In this document: positions 1 through 8,211 of the stretch, in pieces | Layout: each line of letters begins with the position of its first letter | How positions within the stretch are numbered: position 1 is the stretch's first letter | NCBI GenBank assembly: GCA_035702105.1 | Contig: DASSQZ010000235.1 | Span: forward strand, 2,549 to 66,548 | DNA length: 64,000 bases | Reading direction: 5' to 3' | From: Myxococcales bacterium | GTDB lineage: Bacteria; Myxococcota; Myxococcia; Myxococcales; 40CM-4-68-19 | Position numbers and translations under genes: made by a program | The notes under the pieces: model-generated | Told to the model about the DNA's origin: nothing | The model's database searches: none | The model's input: only the letters and a program-made list of their open reading frames with translations

Positions 1-77
1 GATCGTGCGGTGCTCCATGGCGCCATCCTTGCAGGCCGCAGGATAGCCCGCCAACGAAATCTAACGCGCGAGGTCGT

Positions 78-1547
78 ATGCCCACTGCGTTCGATCGTCT
101 CAGTCCCCTCGACCGCTACTTCCTCATCTACGAGCGTCCGGCGGCGCCCATGCACGTGGGCGGCGCGCAGATCATCGAGGCGGGTCCGTTGCGCAGGCCG
201 GACGGCGGCCTGGACATCGCCCGCATCCGGGCCTTCATCGAGTCGCGGCTGCCGCGGATTCCCCGCTACAGGCAGATCATCGCCAGGACCCCGTTCGGCA
301 CGCCCATCTGGGTGGACGATCCCAACTTCAATCTCGAGTACCATGTGCGGCATACCGCGCTGCCGCGGCCCGGGGACGATGCCCAGCTCAAGGCGCTGTG
401 CGGCCGCATCTTCTCCCAGGTGCTCGATCGCTCGAAGCCGCTCTGGGAGGTGTGGATCGTCGAGGGGGGCTCCGGAGATCAGTTCGCCTTCGTCAGCAAG
501 ATCCACCACGCCATGGCGGACGGCATCAGCGCGGTGGACCTGCTCGAGGCGCTGCTCACCCACGAGCCCACCACCGGGTTCGAGCCTGCCAGGCCCTGGG
601 TGCCGCGCCCGCGCCCGTCGGCGGCGTTGCTCGCGCGCAAGGACGTGGAGGCGATCGCGGGCGCGGCCGTGGATCTCGCGCGCCGCGTCTCGGCCCTGGT
701 GACCGGCGCGTTTCGCGCCGACAGCGAGGCCCGCGCCGCGGTGCGCGGCTTCCTCGACCTGACCTTCAAGACGCTGCGAAGGCCTTCCGAGACTCCGCTC
801 AACAAGCGCATCGGGCCGCATCGTCGATTCGACTGGCTGAGCGTGGATCTGGCTGACGTCAAGGCGGTGCGGCGGGCGTTCGGCGGCTCGCTCAACGACG
901 TGGTGCTCGCCATCGTGGCGGGAGCCGTGCGCCGGTTCCTCGAGCATCGCGGCACGAGCCCGCAGGGAATCGAGTTCCGGGTGATGGCGCCGGTGAGCAT
1001 GCGCCCGCCGGAGGCCCGCGGCACCCTCGGGAACCAGGTGGCGGCGTGGATGGTCCCGCTGCCCATCGGCGAGCGCGACCCGCGCGAGCGCCTCGCCATC
1101 GTGCAGCGGACCACGGCGAAGCTGAAGGAGGAGAGGAACGCGCTCGGCTCCGGGCTGCTCACCGAGATGGTGGGCTGGACGCCCGCCACCTTGCTCTCGC
1201 TGACCGCGGCGCTGCCCTTCCGCGACCTGCCCTTCAACATGGTGGTGACCAACGTGCCCGGCCCGCAGCGGCCGGTGTACCTGCTCGGCGCGAAGATGAT
1301 CACCGACTACGGCCTCGTGCCCCTGGCCGACTACAACGGGCTCGGCATCGTGCTCTTCAGCTACGAGGGCAAGCTGAGCTGGGGGTTCAACGCCGACTGG
1401 GACGTGGTGCCCGACGTGGACGTGTTCGCGCGCTGCGTCGAGGAAGCCTTCGAGGAGCTGCGCGACCTGGCGCGGCCGCCGCAGCCGGTGAACGTCGCGG
1501 CCGCGGCGCGTGTCGATCTCGTGGACGCTCGTTCGTCGCCACGGTAG
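78..1547 (+). CDS. Wax ester synthase / acyl-CoA:diacylglycerol acyltransferase (WS/DGAT) family
   Basis: 489-aa ORF. N-terminal SPLDRYFL block and the catalytic HHxxxDG motif (HHAMADG, aa 143-149) are typical of WS/DGAT. Strong GC3 bias in this frame. Confidence 0.9.
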   Translation: MPTAFDRLSPLDRYFLIYERPAAPMHVGGAQIIEAGPLRRPDGGLDIARIRAFIESRLPRIPRYRQIIARTPFGTPIWVDDPNFNLEYHVRHTALPRPGDDAQLKALCGRIFSQVLDRSKPLWEVWIVEGGSGDQFAFVSKIHHAMADGISAVDLLEALLTHEPTTGFEPARPWVPRPRPSAALLARKDVEAIAGAAVDLARRVSALVTGAFRADSEARAAVRGFLDLTFKTLRRPSETPLNKRIGPHRRFDWLSVDLADVKAVRRAFGGSLNDVVLAIVAGAVRRFLEHRGTSPQGIEFRVMAPVSMRPPEARGTLGNQVAAWMVPLPIGERDPRERLAIVQRTTAKLKEERNALGSGLLTEMVGWTPATLLSLTAALPFRDLPFNMVVTNVPGPQRPVYLLGAKMITDYGLVPLADYNGLGIVLFSYEGKLSWGFNADWDVVPDVDVFARCVEEAFEELRDLARPPQPVNVAAAARVDLVDARSSPR

Positions 1548-1585
1548 AGGGAGGGAAAGCCCCTCCCGACCCCGAGGAGACGACG

Positions 1586-2008
1586 ATGCGATTCATGGTG
1601 ATCGTGAAGGCGAGCAAGGAGTCCGAGGCGGGCGTGCTGCCGGACGAGAAGATCCTCACCGAGATGGGCAGGTTCAACGAGCAGCTCGTCAAGGCGGGCG
1701 TGATGCTCGCCGGCGAGGGGCTCCACTCCAGCAAGCAAGGCGCGCGGGTGCGCTTCGAAGGCAAGAAGCGCACCGTCATCGACGGACCCTTCGCCGAGAC
1801 CAAGGAGCTGATCGCGGGCTTCTGGCTCTGGCAGTGCAGGTCGAAGGAAGAGGCCATCGAGTGGCTCAAGCGCGCGCCCTTCGACGGAGGCACCGAGGTG
1901 GAGATCCGCCAGGTGTTCGAGACGGCGGAGTTCGCGGACAGCGACCCGAGCGGCGAGATCCGCCGGAGGGAGAACGAGCTGCGCAGGACGCTCGAGTCGC
2001 GGAAATAG
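1586..2008 (+). CDS. YciI-like (YCII/DGPF domain) small protein
   Basis: 140 aa from ATG 1586, preceded by a GAGGAGA RBS. The listed 1046..2008 ORF is just an in-frame upstream extension overlapping the WS/DGAT gene. Signature VIDGPFAETKELIAGFWLW is typical of YCII-related proteins. Confidence 0.75.
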   Translation: MRFMVIVKASKESEAGVLPDEKILTEMGRFNEQLVKAGVMLAGEGLHSSKQGARVRFEGKKRTVIDGPFAETKELIAGFWLWQCRSKEEAIEWLKRAPFDGGTEVEIRQVFETAEFADSDPSGEIRRRENELRRTLESRK

Positions 2009-2020
2009 TCCGCCGGGCCG

Positions 2021-2791
2021 TCAGGGCGTCTGCGCGAACTGCTGCGCCGCGGTGAACTGGCCGCAGGTGGTGGTGACGGTCGCGGTGAAGGTGACCGTGC
2101 CGTTGGTGGGCGTGGACGCGGTGGCCGGGCCTACCGCCACTCCCAGCACCTGGGTCGCCACCGTGACCGTGGCGACGGCGTTGGCCGTCGGGGTGGCCTG
2201 GCTCGTGGCCACCACGTGGTAGGTGCCGGGCGTGGTCGGCGCGGTGTACTTGCCCGTGGTGTCCACGGTGCCGCCCGCGGCTCCCTCCTGCACCGACCAG
2301 GTGACGGTGGAGTTCGCCGCGTTCGCCACGGTGGCGGTGAAGGTCTTGGAGGTGCAGCCGCTCACCGACGCGGTGGCCGGCAGGATGGTGACCGTGGTGG
2401 GCGGCGGCGGCGGCGGCAACTGCACGGTGACGCTGGCCGACCCGGTGCGCGTCGGATCGGCGACGCTGGTCGCCACCACGTGGAACGTGCCGGCGGCTGC
2501 CGGCGCGCTGTAGACGCCGGTGGCGCTGACGGTGCCGCCGCCCGCCTCGGTCACCGACCAGGTGACCGACGTGTTGCTGGCGGCGGTGACGGTCGCGGTG
2601 AAGGCCTGCTTCGCGCCTGCGGCGACCGCGGCGGTGGCGGGCTCGACCGCCACGGCAACGGCAGCCGGCGGGTTCGGCGGCGGGTTCGCCGCGGGCGGGT
2701 TCGCCGTGGCGGTCGTGTATCCGCCGCTGCAGGCAACGGCGAGCAGCGCGGGCACGACGAGTCTGCTTCGAACGAGGAAACGCTGATTCAT
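2021..2791 (-). CDS. Lipoprotein with tandem bacterial Ig-like (Big_2-type) repeats
   Basis: Start taken at MNQRFLV (ATG 2791). Signal peptide with lipobox LLAVAC-SGG. Two ~65-aa repeats (K.FTATV..N..VTWSV.E..GGTV...G.Y.AP...GT.HVVATS) plus a partial third, separated by a PPPPPP linker. Confidence 0.7.
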   Translation of the reverse strand: MNQRFLVRSRLVVPALLAVACSGGYTTATANPPAANPPPNPPAAVAVAVEPATAAVAAGAKQAFTATVTAASNTSVTWSVTEAGGGTVSATGVYSAPAAAGTFHVVATSVADPTRTGSASVTVQLPPPPPPTTVTILPATASVSGCTSKTFTATVANAANSTVTWSVQEGAAGGTVDTTGKYTAPTTPGTYHVVATSQATPTANAVATVTVATQVLGVAVGPATASTPTNGTVTFTATVTTTCGQFTAAQQFAQTP

Positions 2792-2993
2792 GATCTCTCC
2801 GGGGGGCCTGGGGGATCGCCCGACTCCCCGAACCATGACCCATCCGGCGATCGCTTGCCCGCTATTTCGCTGGAGCGGGAAAATGCGAGTGAGTCATTGT
2901 GCTCACGGGGCGCACATCGTGTGCGCGTGCAAGCGCGCAGGTCGATACATTAAATGCGGAAAGTTACCGGCACCTCGAAGCGCGGGGCGCCCG

Positions 2994-5072
2994 TCACTCT
3001 GCGCGGATGTGGATGGCTGCCGCCGCCGCCGTGGAAGAGGTATTCGGCGAGGCATAGTATTCCCAATCCACGTGGTAGTTCCAGTGCTGGATTGAAAGGT
3101 CATTGTTGTAATAATGGGCCCGGCAGTCGGCGTTGTCCATGCGGCTGGCGTCGGTGATTCCGGTGTACCAGACGTAGTCCCAGACGGCGCCGGCGGGAGC
3201 CCCGGCCGCGAATCCGTCGCTGGGCCCGGTTCCGAACGAACAGCTGGCGATGGTCAGCCCGGGTGAGACCGGCGTGAGCGCCGGGAAGTCCGAGATGGTC
3301 GTGGTCGGGCAGGTGTTCGCGGGAACGGTGCAGTCCACGCCCTGGCCGGAGACGAACTGCCGGCCGTCGACCGGAGCGGCCGCCGCCGCGCCGGAGATGT
3401 CGTACCAGAGCACGGTCGTGTTCACCTGCGATCCGGCGCGGTTCACCGTCACCATCAGGTCAGGGCCGGTGATCGCGTTCGCGGCGTACCAGAACTGCGG
3501 CGTGTCGCCGGCAGGCGCGTAGCTGGACCAGAGGTTCCCCTTGTTGTCGGTGATGCTGGAGATCGTCACCACGTTCGGCTCGTTCGGAGCCATCACGATC
3601 AGGTTGCCGCTGCCTGGCACCTTGAACTTCCAGGTCGCAGGCGGCGTGGCGTTGGTCGTGTGCAAGATGCGATTGACATGAATCCCTGCCACAGGGGGCG
3701 TGGTTCCAGTCGCGGCTGCTCGAAGAGCGACCGCCACGCCCATGTAGTTCTGCGGCCCTCCGGCGGTCAGCGTCATTGCCGGCGTCACCGATGCCGATGC
3801 GGTCTGCACCAGGTACATCGAGGCGTGCGCGTCCATGCTCGTCGTGCGGCTGCTGGCGATGTCCGCATCGAGCAGCGTGAAGCCGCCGCCTGGAACCCAG
3901 TCATCCGGCGGGACCTGGAATGCATCGCCGGTCTGGCTGAAGAGGGCCCAGATCAGGTTCCCGCCGCCGGCGTCGTTGTTGGCCGGCGTGAAGGTGCCGG
4001 CGTTGATGCTGCCGCCGCCGTTCCTGACGTTGGAGCTCGTGCCCGCCGACGTCCCATCGGTGCCGGCGAATTCAGAGACGGTGTACTGGAAGACCGCCGG
4101 GCTCACCGAGGTGTGCACCGTGACGGTGTGGGTGGCGGCGGTGGCGTTCGCCAGCACGAAGACCGCCTGCACCGGCGTGCTGGTTCCGTTCCCTGCGGTG
4201 ACCCTCGGAGTCGTGCTCCAGGCGTCCCCGGAGCTGTCGGTGATGCCGGTCACCGAGATTGCCGCTCCCGGATCGGGCTGCAGGGTGACTCCCAGGATCA
4301 GCGTATTCCCGGGGAGCGTCGGGTTGGGCAGCGTGAACCGGAAATGGTTCCTGCCGGTGGAAGAGCTGCCGTCCCGGGTCCCCGAGTTCACCTCGTTGCT
4401 GTTCGAGGACAGGTGCTGCACCAGCGAGGGGACCGCCGGCGCGCCTCCGCCGCCGCTGATGACGATGGTCGTGCTCCGGGAATCGCTGAGGCCCCTCGCG
4501 CGCGCGGTCACGGTGACGACGCAATTGCCTGCCGCGGCGGCGGTGAAGGTGGTCGACGCGGAGGCGGATGGCGAGAAGGAGCCGCACGATGCCGGCGCCG
4601 CCGTCCATGAATAGGAGATGGCATCGCCGTCGGAGTCGATGGCGATCGCCGAGAGCGAGATCGGGTCGCCCACCGCGGCGGCGCTGGCCGAGGCCGCGAG
4701 CGAGGTGATCACCGGCGAGTGATCGGGCTGCGGCGGCGCGCCGGTCGCGTCGAGGACGGTGATGGAGAGGTGCGCCGTCTGTCCCTTCACCACCGTCACC
4801 GCCGCGCTCGCGCTGCCCGCGGCGGTGGGGCCCGCCCACGCGGTTGCGGTGACCGTCTGCGGGCCCACCGGGACGGCGAGCGTGCCGGAGAAGGTCCCGG
4901 CGGGGTCGCGGGCCAGGTCCGCCGAGACGCCGGCCGGCGCCACCTGCACCGAGACGCGGGTGATCTGGGCGGCCGTGACCTGGGCGGCGACGGAAACGGT
5001 CAGGAGCGATCGTTCCGCCGCCGGTCGGGACCCGCAGGCGCAGAGGCAGAGAGCGAGCCAGGCCCAGCGCAT
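2994..5072 (-). CDS. Large lipoprotein of unknown function: Ig-like N-module plus duplicated C-terminal domain
   Basis: Start taken at MRWAWLALCLCAC-GS (ATG 5072); the 5201 start would overlap the upstream gene, whose stop is at 5077. The N-terminal ~190 aa are paralogous to the neighbouring gene 5077..6081. The C-terminal part has an internal duplication (F.F.LP..GN.LI ... I(T/S)D..G..WS). Confidence 0.7.
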   Translation of the reverse strand: MRWAWLALCLCACGSRPAAERSLLTVSVAAQVTAAQITRVSVQVAPAGVSADLARDPAGTFSGTLAVPVGPQTVTATAWAGPTAAGSASAAVTVVKGQTAHLSITVLDATGAPPQPDHSPVITSLAASASAAAVGDPISLSAIAIDSDGDAISYSWTAAPASCGSFSPSASASTTFTAAAAGNCVVTVTARARGLSDSRSTTIVISGGGGAPAVPSLVQHLSSNSNEVNSGTRDGSSSTGRNHFRFTLPNPTLPGNTLILGVTLQPDPGAAISVTGITDSSGDAWSTTPRVTAGNGTSTPVQAVFVLANATAATHTVTVHTSVSPAVFQYTVSEFAGTDGTSAGTSSNVRNGGGSINAGTFTPANNDAGGGNLIWALFSQTGDAFQVPPDDWVPGGGFTLLDADIASSRTTSMDAHASMYLVQTASASVTPAMTLTAGGPQNYMGVAVALRAAATGTTPPVAGIHVNRILHTTNATPPATWKFKVPGSGNLIVMAPNEPNVVTISSITDNKGNLWSSYAPAGDTPQFWYAANAITGPDLMVTVNRAGSQVNTTVLWYDISGAAAAAPVDGRQFVSGQGVDCTVPANTCPTTTISDFPALTPVSPGLTIASCSFGTGPSDGFAAGAPAGAVWDYVWYTGITDASRMDNADCRAHYYNNDLSIQHWNYHVDWEYYASPNTSSTAAAAAIHIRAE

Positions 5073-5076
5073 CGGC

Positions 5077-6081
5077 TCAGGGCGCCGGCAGCACCACCAC
5101 GAAGAGGCTGTCGCTGAGCGTCTCGCGGGTGACGGTTGCGACGACGACGCAGGCGCCGGTGTCCACGGTCGGCGTCCAGGTGGCCTTCGCTGAGGTCGCA
5201 TTGGCGGTGAATACCGGCTGCACGATGGTTCCCCCGCACGAGTCGGTCAGCGCAGCGGTGCCGGTCGACCAGGGGTCGAATGACAGGGTGACGGTATACG
5301 CCGTGCCCTTGTGGAAGGGAACGCGAATCGTGGCGTCTGCGGCATTCCGCGCCACGGTCGCGAGCGTGGTCGTGCCGGAGGAAAAGGCGATCGACGAGAT
5401 CACCGGCTGCGGAACGAAGGTCACCACCACGTCGATTGAACCGGTGGCCGCGGCGATCTGGATGGGGGCACTCTTGCTGTCCGACTTTGCGTTCGCCGTC
5501 ACCGTGAAGGTCACCGTGCACGTGCCCAGCAGGCTGCCGGCGATGAAGGTCGTCGACGAGGCGGTGGGCGCGGCGAAGGTGCCGCAGCCCGCCGGCGAGG
5601 CCGTCCAGGCGAAGGTCATGGGGGTCTGGTCCGCGTCCATGGCGGTCGCGTTCACGGGCACCTGATCGCCCACCTGCGCGGCGGCCGGAGTCACCAGCGA
5701 GGTGACGACCGGCGAGTGGTCCGGTCCGGGCGCCGGACCGGTGGAATCGAGGATGCGGATCTGCGCCTGGACGGTGGCGTTCTTCTGCACCGCGACCGTC
5801 GCGGTCCCCCTGCCGACCGAGGTCTCGCCCGCGGCGAACGCCTCGACGGAGACGATCTGCGTTCCCACCGGCACGGAGAAGGTGCCGGCGAATCGGGTGG
5901 GATCGGCTGGATCCACCGTGAGGTCCCGGGTGACCGCCGCGGGCGTGATGGTCACCCGCACGTGCGTGATCTGCGGCGCCGCCGTGGCCGCCTGGGCAAT
6001 GACGACGACGCTGCCGAGATCCTGGTTGCCGGCGCATGCGACGGCGAGCGCCAGCGCGCAGCTGAGCCTTGACGTCTTCAT
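5077..6081 (-). CDS. Lipoprotein, paralogue of the N-terminal module of 2994..5072
   Basis: Start at MKTSRLSCALALAVAC-AG (ATG 6081) behind a GAGGGGAGGG RBS. Shares the blocks ITxVxV..PA.V..DL..DPA...F.G...VPVG.Q.V...A, PDHSPV(V/I)TSL and W(T)A(S/A)P(A)(G/S)CG(T/S)F with the downstream gene. Confidence 0.7.
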   Translation of the reverse strand: MKTSRLSCALALAVACAGNQDLGSVVVIAQAATAAPQITHVRVTITPAAVTRDLTVDPADPTRFAGTFSVPVGTQIVSVEAFAAGETSVGRGTATVAVQKNATVQAQIRILDSTGPAPGPDHSPVVTSLVTPAAAQVGDQVPVNATAMDADQTPMTFAWTASPAGCGTFAAPTASSTTFIAGSLLGTCTVTFTVTANAKSDSKSAPIQIAAATGSIDVVVTFVPQPVISSIAFSSGTTTLATVARNAADATIRVPFHKGTAYTVTLSFDPWSTGTAALTDSCGGTIVQPVFTANATSAKATWTPTVDTGACVVVATVTRETLSDSLFVVVLPAP

Positions 6082-6262
6082 GATTGGCCCTCCCCTCGGG
6101 CAGGCGCTCGATAGCACGCCGCTGCCGGGGGTGCACCTCCATGATCGGGCATGGACACCATGCCGCGCGTGTCTCTACGCCTCGAAAGGGCAGACGCAAG
6201 AAAGCGGCGCCGCCCTCCCGGGCAGCGCCGCATTTGCGCAACGTGGAATGGTGAACGCGCAG

Positions 6263-6859
6263 CTACCGCGCTGCCGTCTGCGGCTTCCGCTCGACCCCTT
6301 CGATGTCGAGGGTGATGGCGACGTCGTCGCCCACCACCGGGCCCGCCTCCACCGCCTTGTTCCAGGTGAGTCCGAAATCCTTGCGATGAATGATGGTGCT
6401 GGCGGAGAAGCCCCGGCGCGTCTCGCCGTACATGCCCTTCACCGGAGGCGTGGTGGTGACCTCGAGCTTGACCGGCCGGGTGACCCCGTGAAGCGTCAGG
6501 TCGCCCTTGACCTCGAGCTTGTCCTTGCCCGCGCTGGCGACGCCCGTCGACTTGAACGAGAGGGTCGGGTACTTCGCGACGTCGAAGAAGTCGGCCGACT
6601 TGAGGTGCTCGTCGCGCTTGGGGTCGCGGGTGTCGATGCTGGCCGCGTCGACTGTGGCCTCGACGGTGGAGCGGGCCGGGTTGGCCTCGTCGTACTGGAT
6701 GGTGCCGCTGGTCTTGTCGAACTGCCCGCGCACGGTGGAGATGACCAGGTGCTTCACCGCGAACGAGGTGGCGCTGTGGCTGGCGTCGATGTCCCAGGTG
6801 GTGGCGGCGAAGGCCGGCGCGGCCAGCGCGGCGGCGACCAGGGCGATGAGCTTCTTCAT
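6263..6859 (-). CDS. yceI: YceI family periplasmic protein
   Basis: 198 aa with a signal peptide (MKKLIALVAAALAAPAFA). Has the W.ID...S...F.VKHL.IS.V.G.F and KGDLT(L)HGVT.PV blocks characteristic of YceI-like polyisoprenoid-binding proteins. Confidence 0.9.
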   Translation of the reverse strand: MKKLIALVAAALAAPAFAATTWDIDASHSATSFAVKHLVISTVRGQFDKTSGTIQYDEANPARSTVEATVDAASIDTRDPKRDEHLKSADFFDVAKYPTLSFKSTGVASAGKDKLEVKGDLTLHGVTRPVKLEVTTTPPVKGMYGETRRGFSASTIIHRKDFGLTWNKAVEAGPVVGDDVAITLDIEGVERKPQTAAR

Positions 6860-6974
6860 GTGTGCTTCCTTCCTTGTGGGGCGGCGAGGGGCCGCGCGTC
6901 GGGTGTTCTTTTGCTGCTGTTCCCATATCCGTGCAATGATGGTTGCGGCAATTCACTGTTCCTGAGGTGGAACG

Positions 6975-7916
6975 ATGGATCTGAACCTCCTTCCCCTCTT
7001 CGAGGCGGTGGCCCGCACGGCCAGCTTTTCCTCGGCCGCGCGCGAGTTGCGCATGCCCAAGTCGTCGGTGAGCCGGGGCATCGCGCGGCTGGAGGCGGAG
7101 CTTGGCGTCCAGCTCTTCTTCCGCACCACCCGGCGGGTGACGGTGAGCGCCGCCGGGAAGGAGCTCTACGATCGGGTGGCTCCGCTGCTCGGCTCGGTGA
7201 AGACGGCGCTGGGCGAGCTGCCCGAGCGCGCGGAGCAGCCGGCCGGAGAATTGCGCGTGACGGCGCCGGTGGACCTCGGCGTGCTCTTCCTCGCTGAGGT
7301 GGTGACGCGCTTCACCGCGCGGTATCCCGCGGTCTCCGTCTTCATGAACCTCACCGGGCGGCCCGTCGACCTGGTAGCGGAGGGGTTCGACGTGGCGCTG
7401 CGCGTGGCTCCCCGGCTGGCCGACTCCACGCTGGTGGCGCGGAAGGCGGCGCCGATGTGGGTCGGCCTCTTCGCCTCGCCGCTCTACCTGGCGCGGCGGG
7501 GCACGCCGCGCGACGAGCGCGATCTCGCCGCGCACGACTGGGTCGCCTTTCGCGGCCAGGGAACGCCGCGCGGCCGCGCCCCGGAGATGGAGGAGCGGGC
7601 TTCGCCCGCGACGGGCGGAGGTCGCGAGGCCGGAGCATCGGGGGAGGGTCGCGCCCGCATCGTCTGCGACGACCTCCTCTTCGCCCGCGACGTGCTGCGC
7701 TCCGGCGCGGGAGTGGGGCTCTTGCCCGCGTTCGTGGCCGAGGCCGACCTTGCCGCCGGCACACTGGTCCACGTGCTGCCCCGCTACCACCGCCTGGCGG
7801 GGCACCTGTACGTCGTCTCCCCGTCGGTGCGCCACGTGCCGGCGAAGGTGACCGCCTTCCGCGACCTGGTGCTCGAGCTGCTGCGCGCGCGGCCGCTGGG
7901 TCCTGCCGGCATTTGA
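6975..7916 (+). CDS. LysR-family transcriptional regulator
   Basis: 313 aa. N-terminal winged-HTH LLPLFEAVARTASFSSAARELRMPKSSVSRGIARLEAELGVQLFFRTTRRV. Divergent from yceI across a 115-nt intergenic region, the classic LysR arrangement. Confidence 0.9.
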   Translation: MDLNLLPLFEAVARTASFSSAARELRMPKSSVSRGIARLEAELGVQLFFRTTRRVTVSAAGKELYDRVAPLLGSVKTALGELPERAEQPAGELRVTAPVDLGVLFLAEVVTRFTARYPAVSVFMNLTGRPVDLVAEGFDVALRVAPRLADSTLVARKAAPMWVGLFASPLYLARRGTPRDERDLAAHDWVAFRGQGTPRGRAPEMEERASPATGGGREAGASGEGRARIVCDDLLFARDVLRSGAGVGLLPAFVAEADLAAGTLVHVLPRYHRLAGHLYVVSPSVRHVPAKVTAFRDLVLELLRARPLGPAGI

Positions 7917-8211
7917 TGCGGGATGGAGGGCGCCGCGCGCAAAAAAAACCGATGCCGTTGCGCCACCGCGCAATGAACGCGCCTGCATTCATGTGGGTGG
8001 AAAAGTGTGCGGGGGCGCAAATCTCGCGGCACCGCCTTCCGCGGGTGCGCGATCGGAGCTGCGGAAGGTGCCGCCATCACTCTGGGAGGCGGGTTCCCGG
8101 CTGCCGGCCATGCCCCCGGAACCGGCGCAAGATTCGCGCGAACGGCGCGATCGGCCGCGTGGTGCGCTGGTTGCAGCGGGCGCGTTCAGACCCTCTTCCG
8201 AGGACACCAAA

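Noticed and set aside
6078-7988. 636-aa minus-strand ORF covering yceI, the intergenic region and the antisense of the LysR gene
   Set aside because: It is out of frame with yceI, runs through a promoter region and has an Arg/Gly-rich shadow composition.
7917-7990. A8 run with the flanking GCGCAA...TTGCGC repeat as a terminator after the LysR gene
   Set aside because: On the plus strand the run is A rather than T. On the minus strand the T-run is 9 nt away from the TTGCGC-GGTG-GCGCAA hairpin, and no minus-strand gene ends here.
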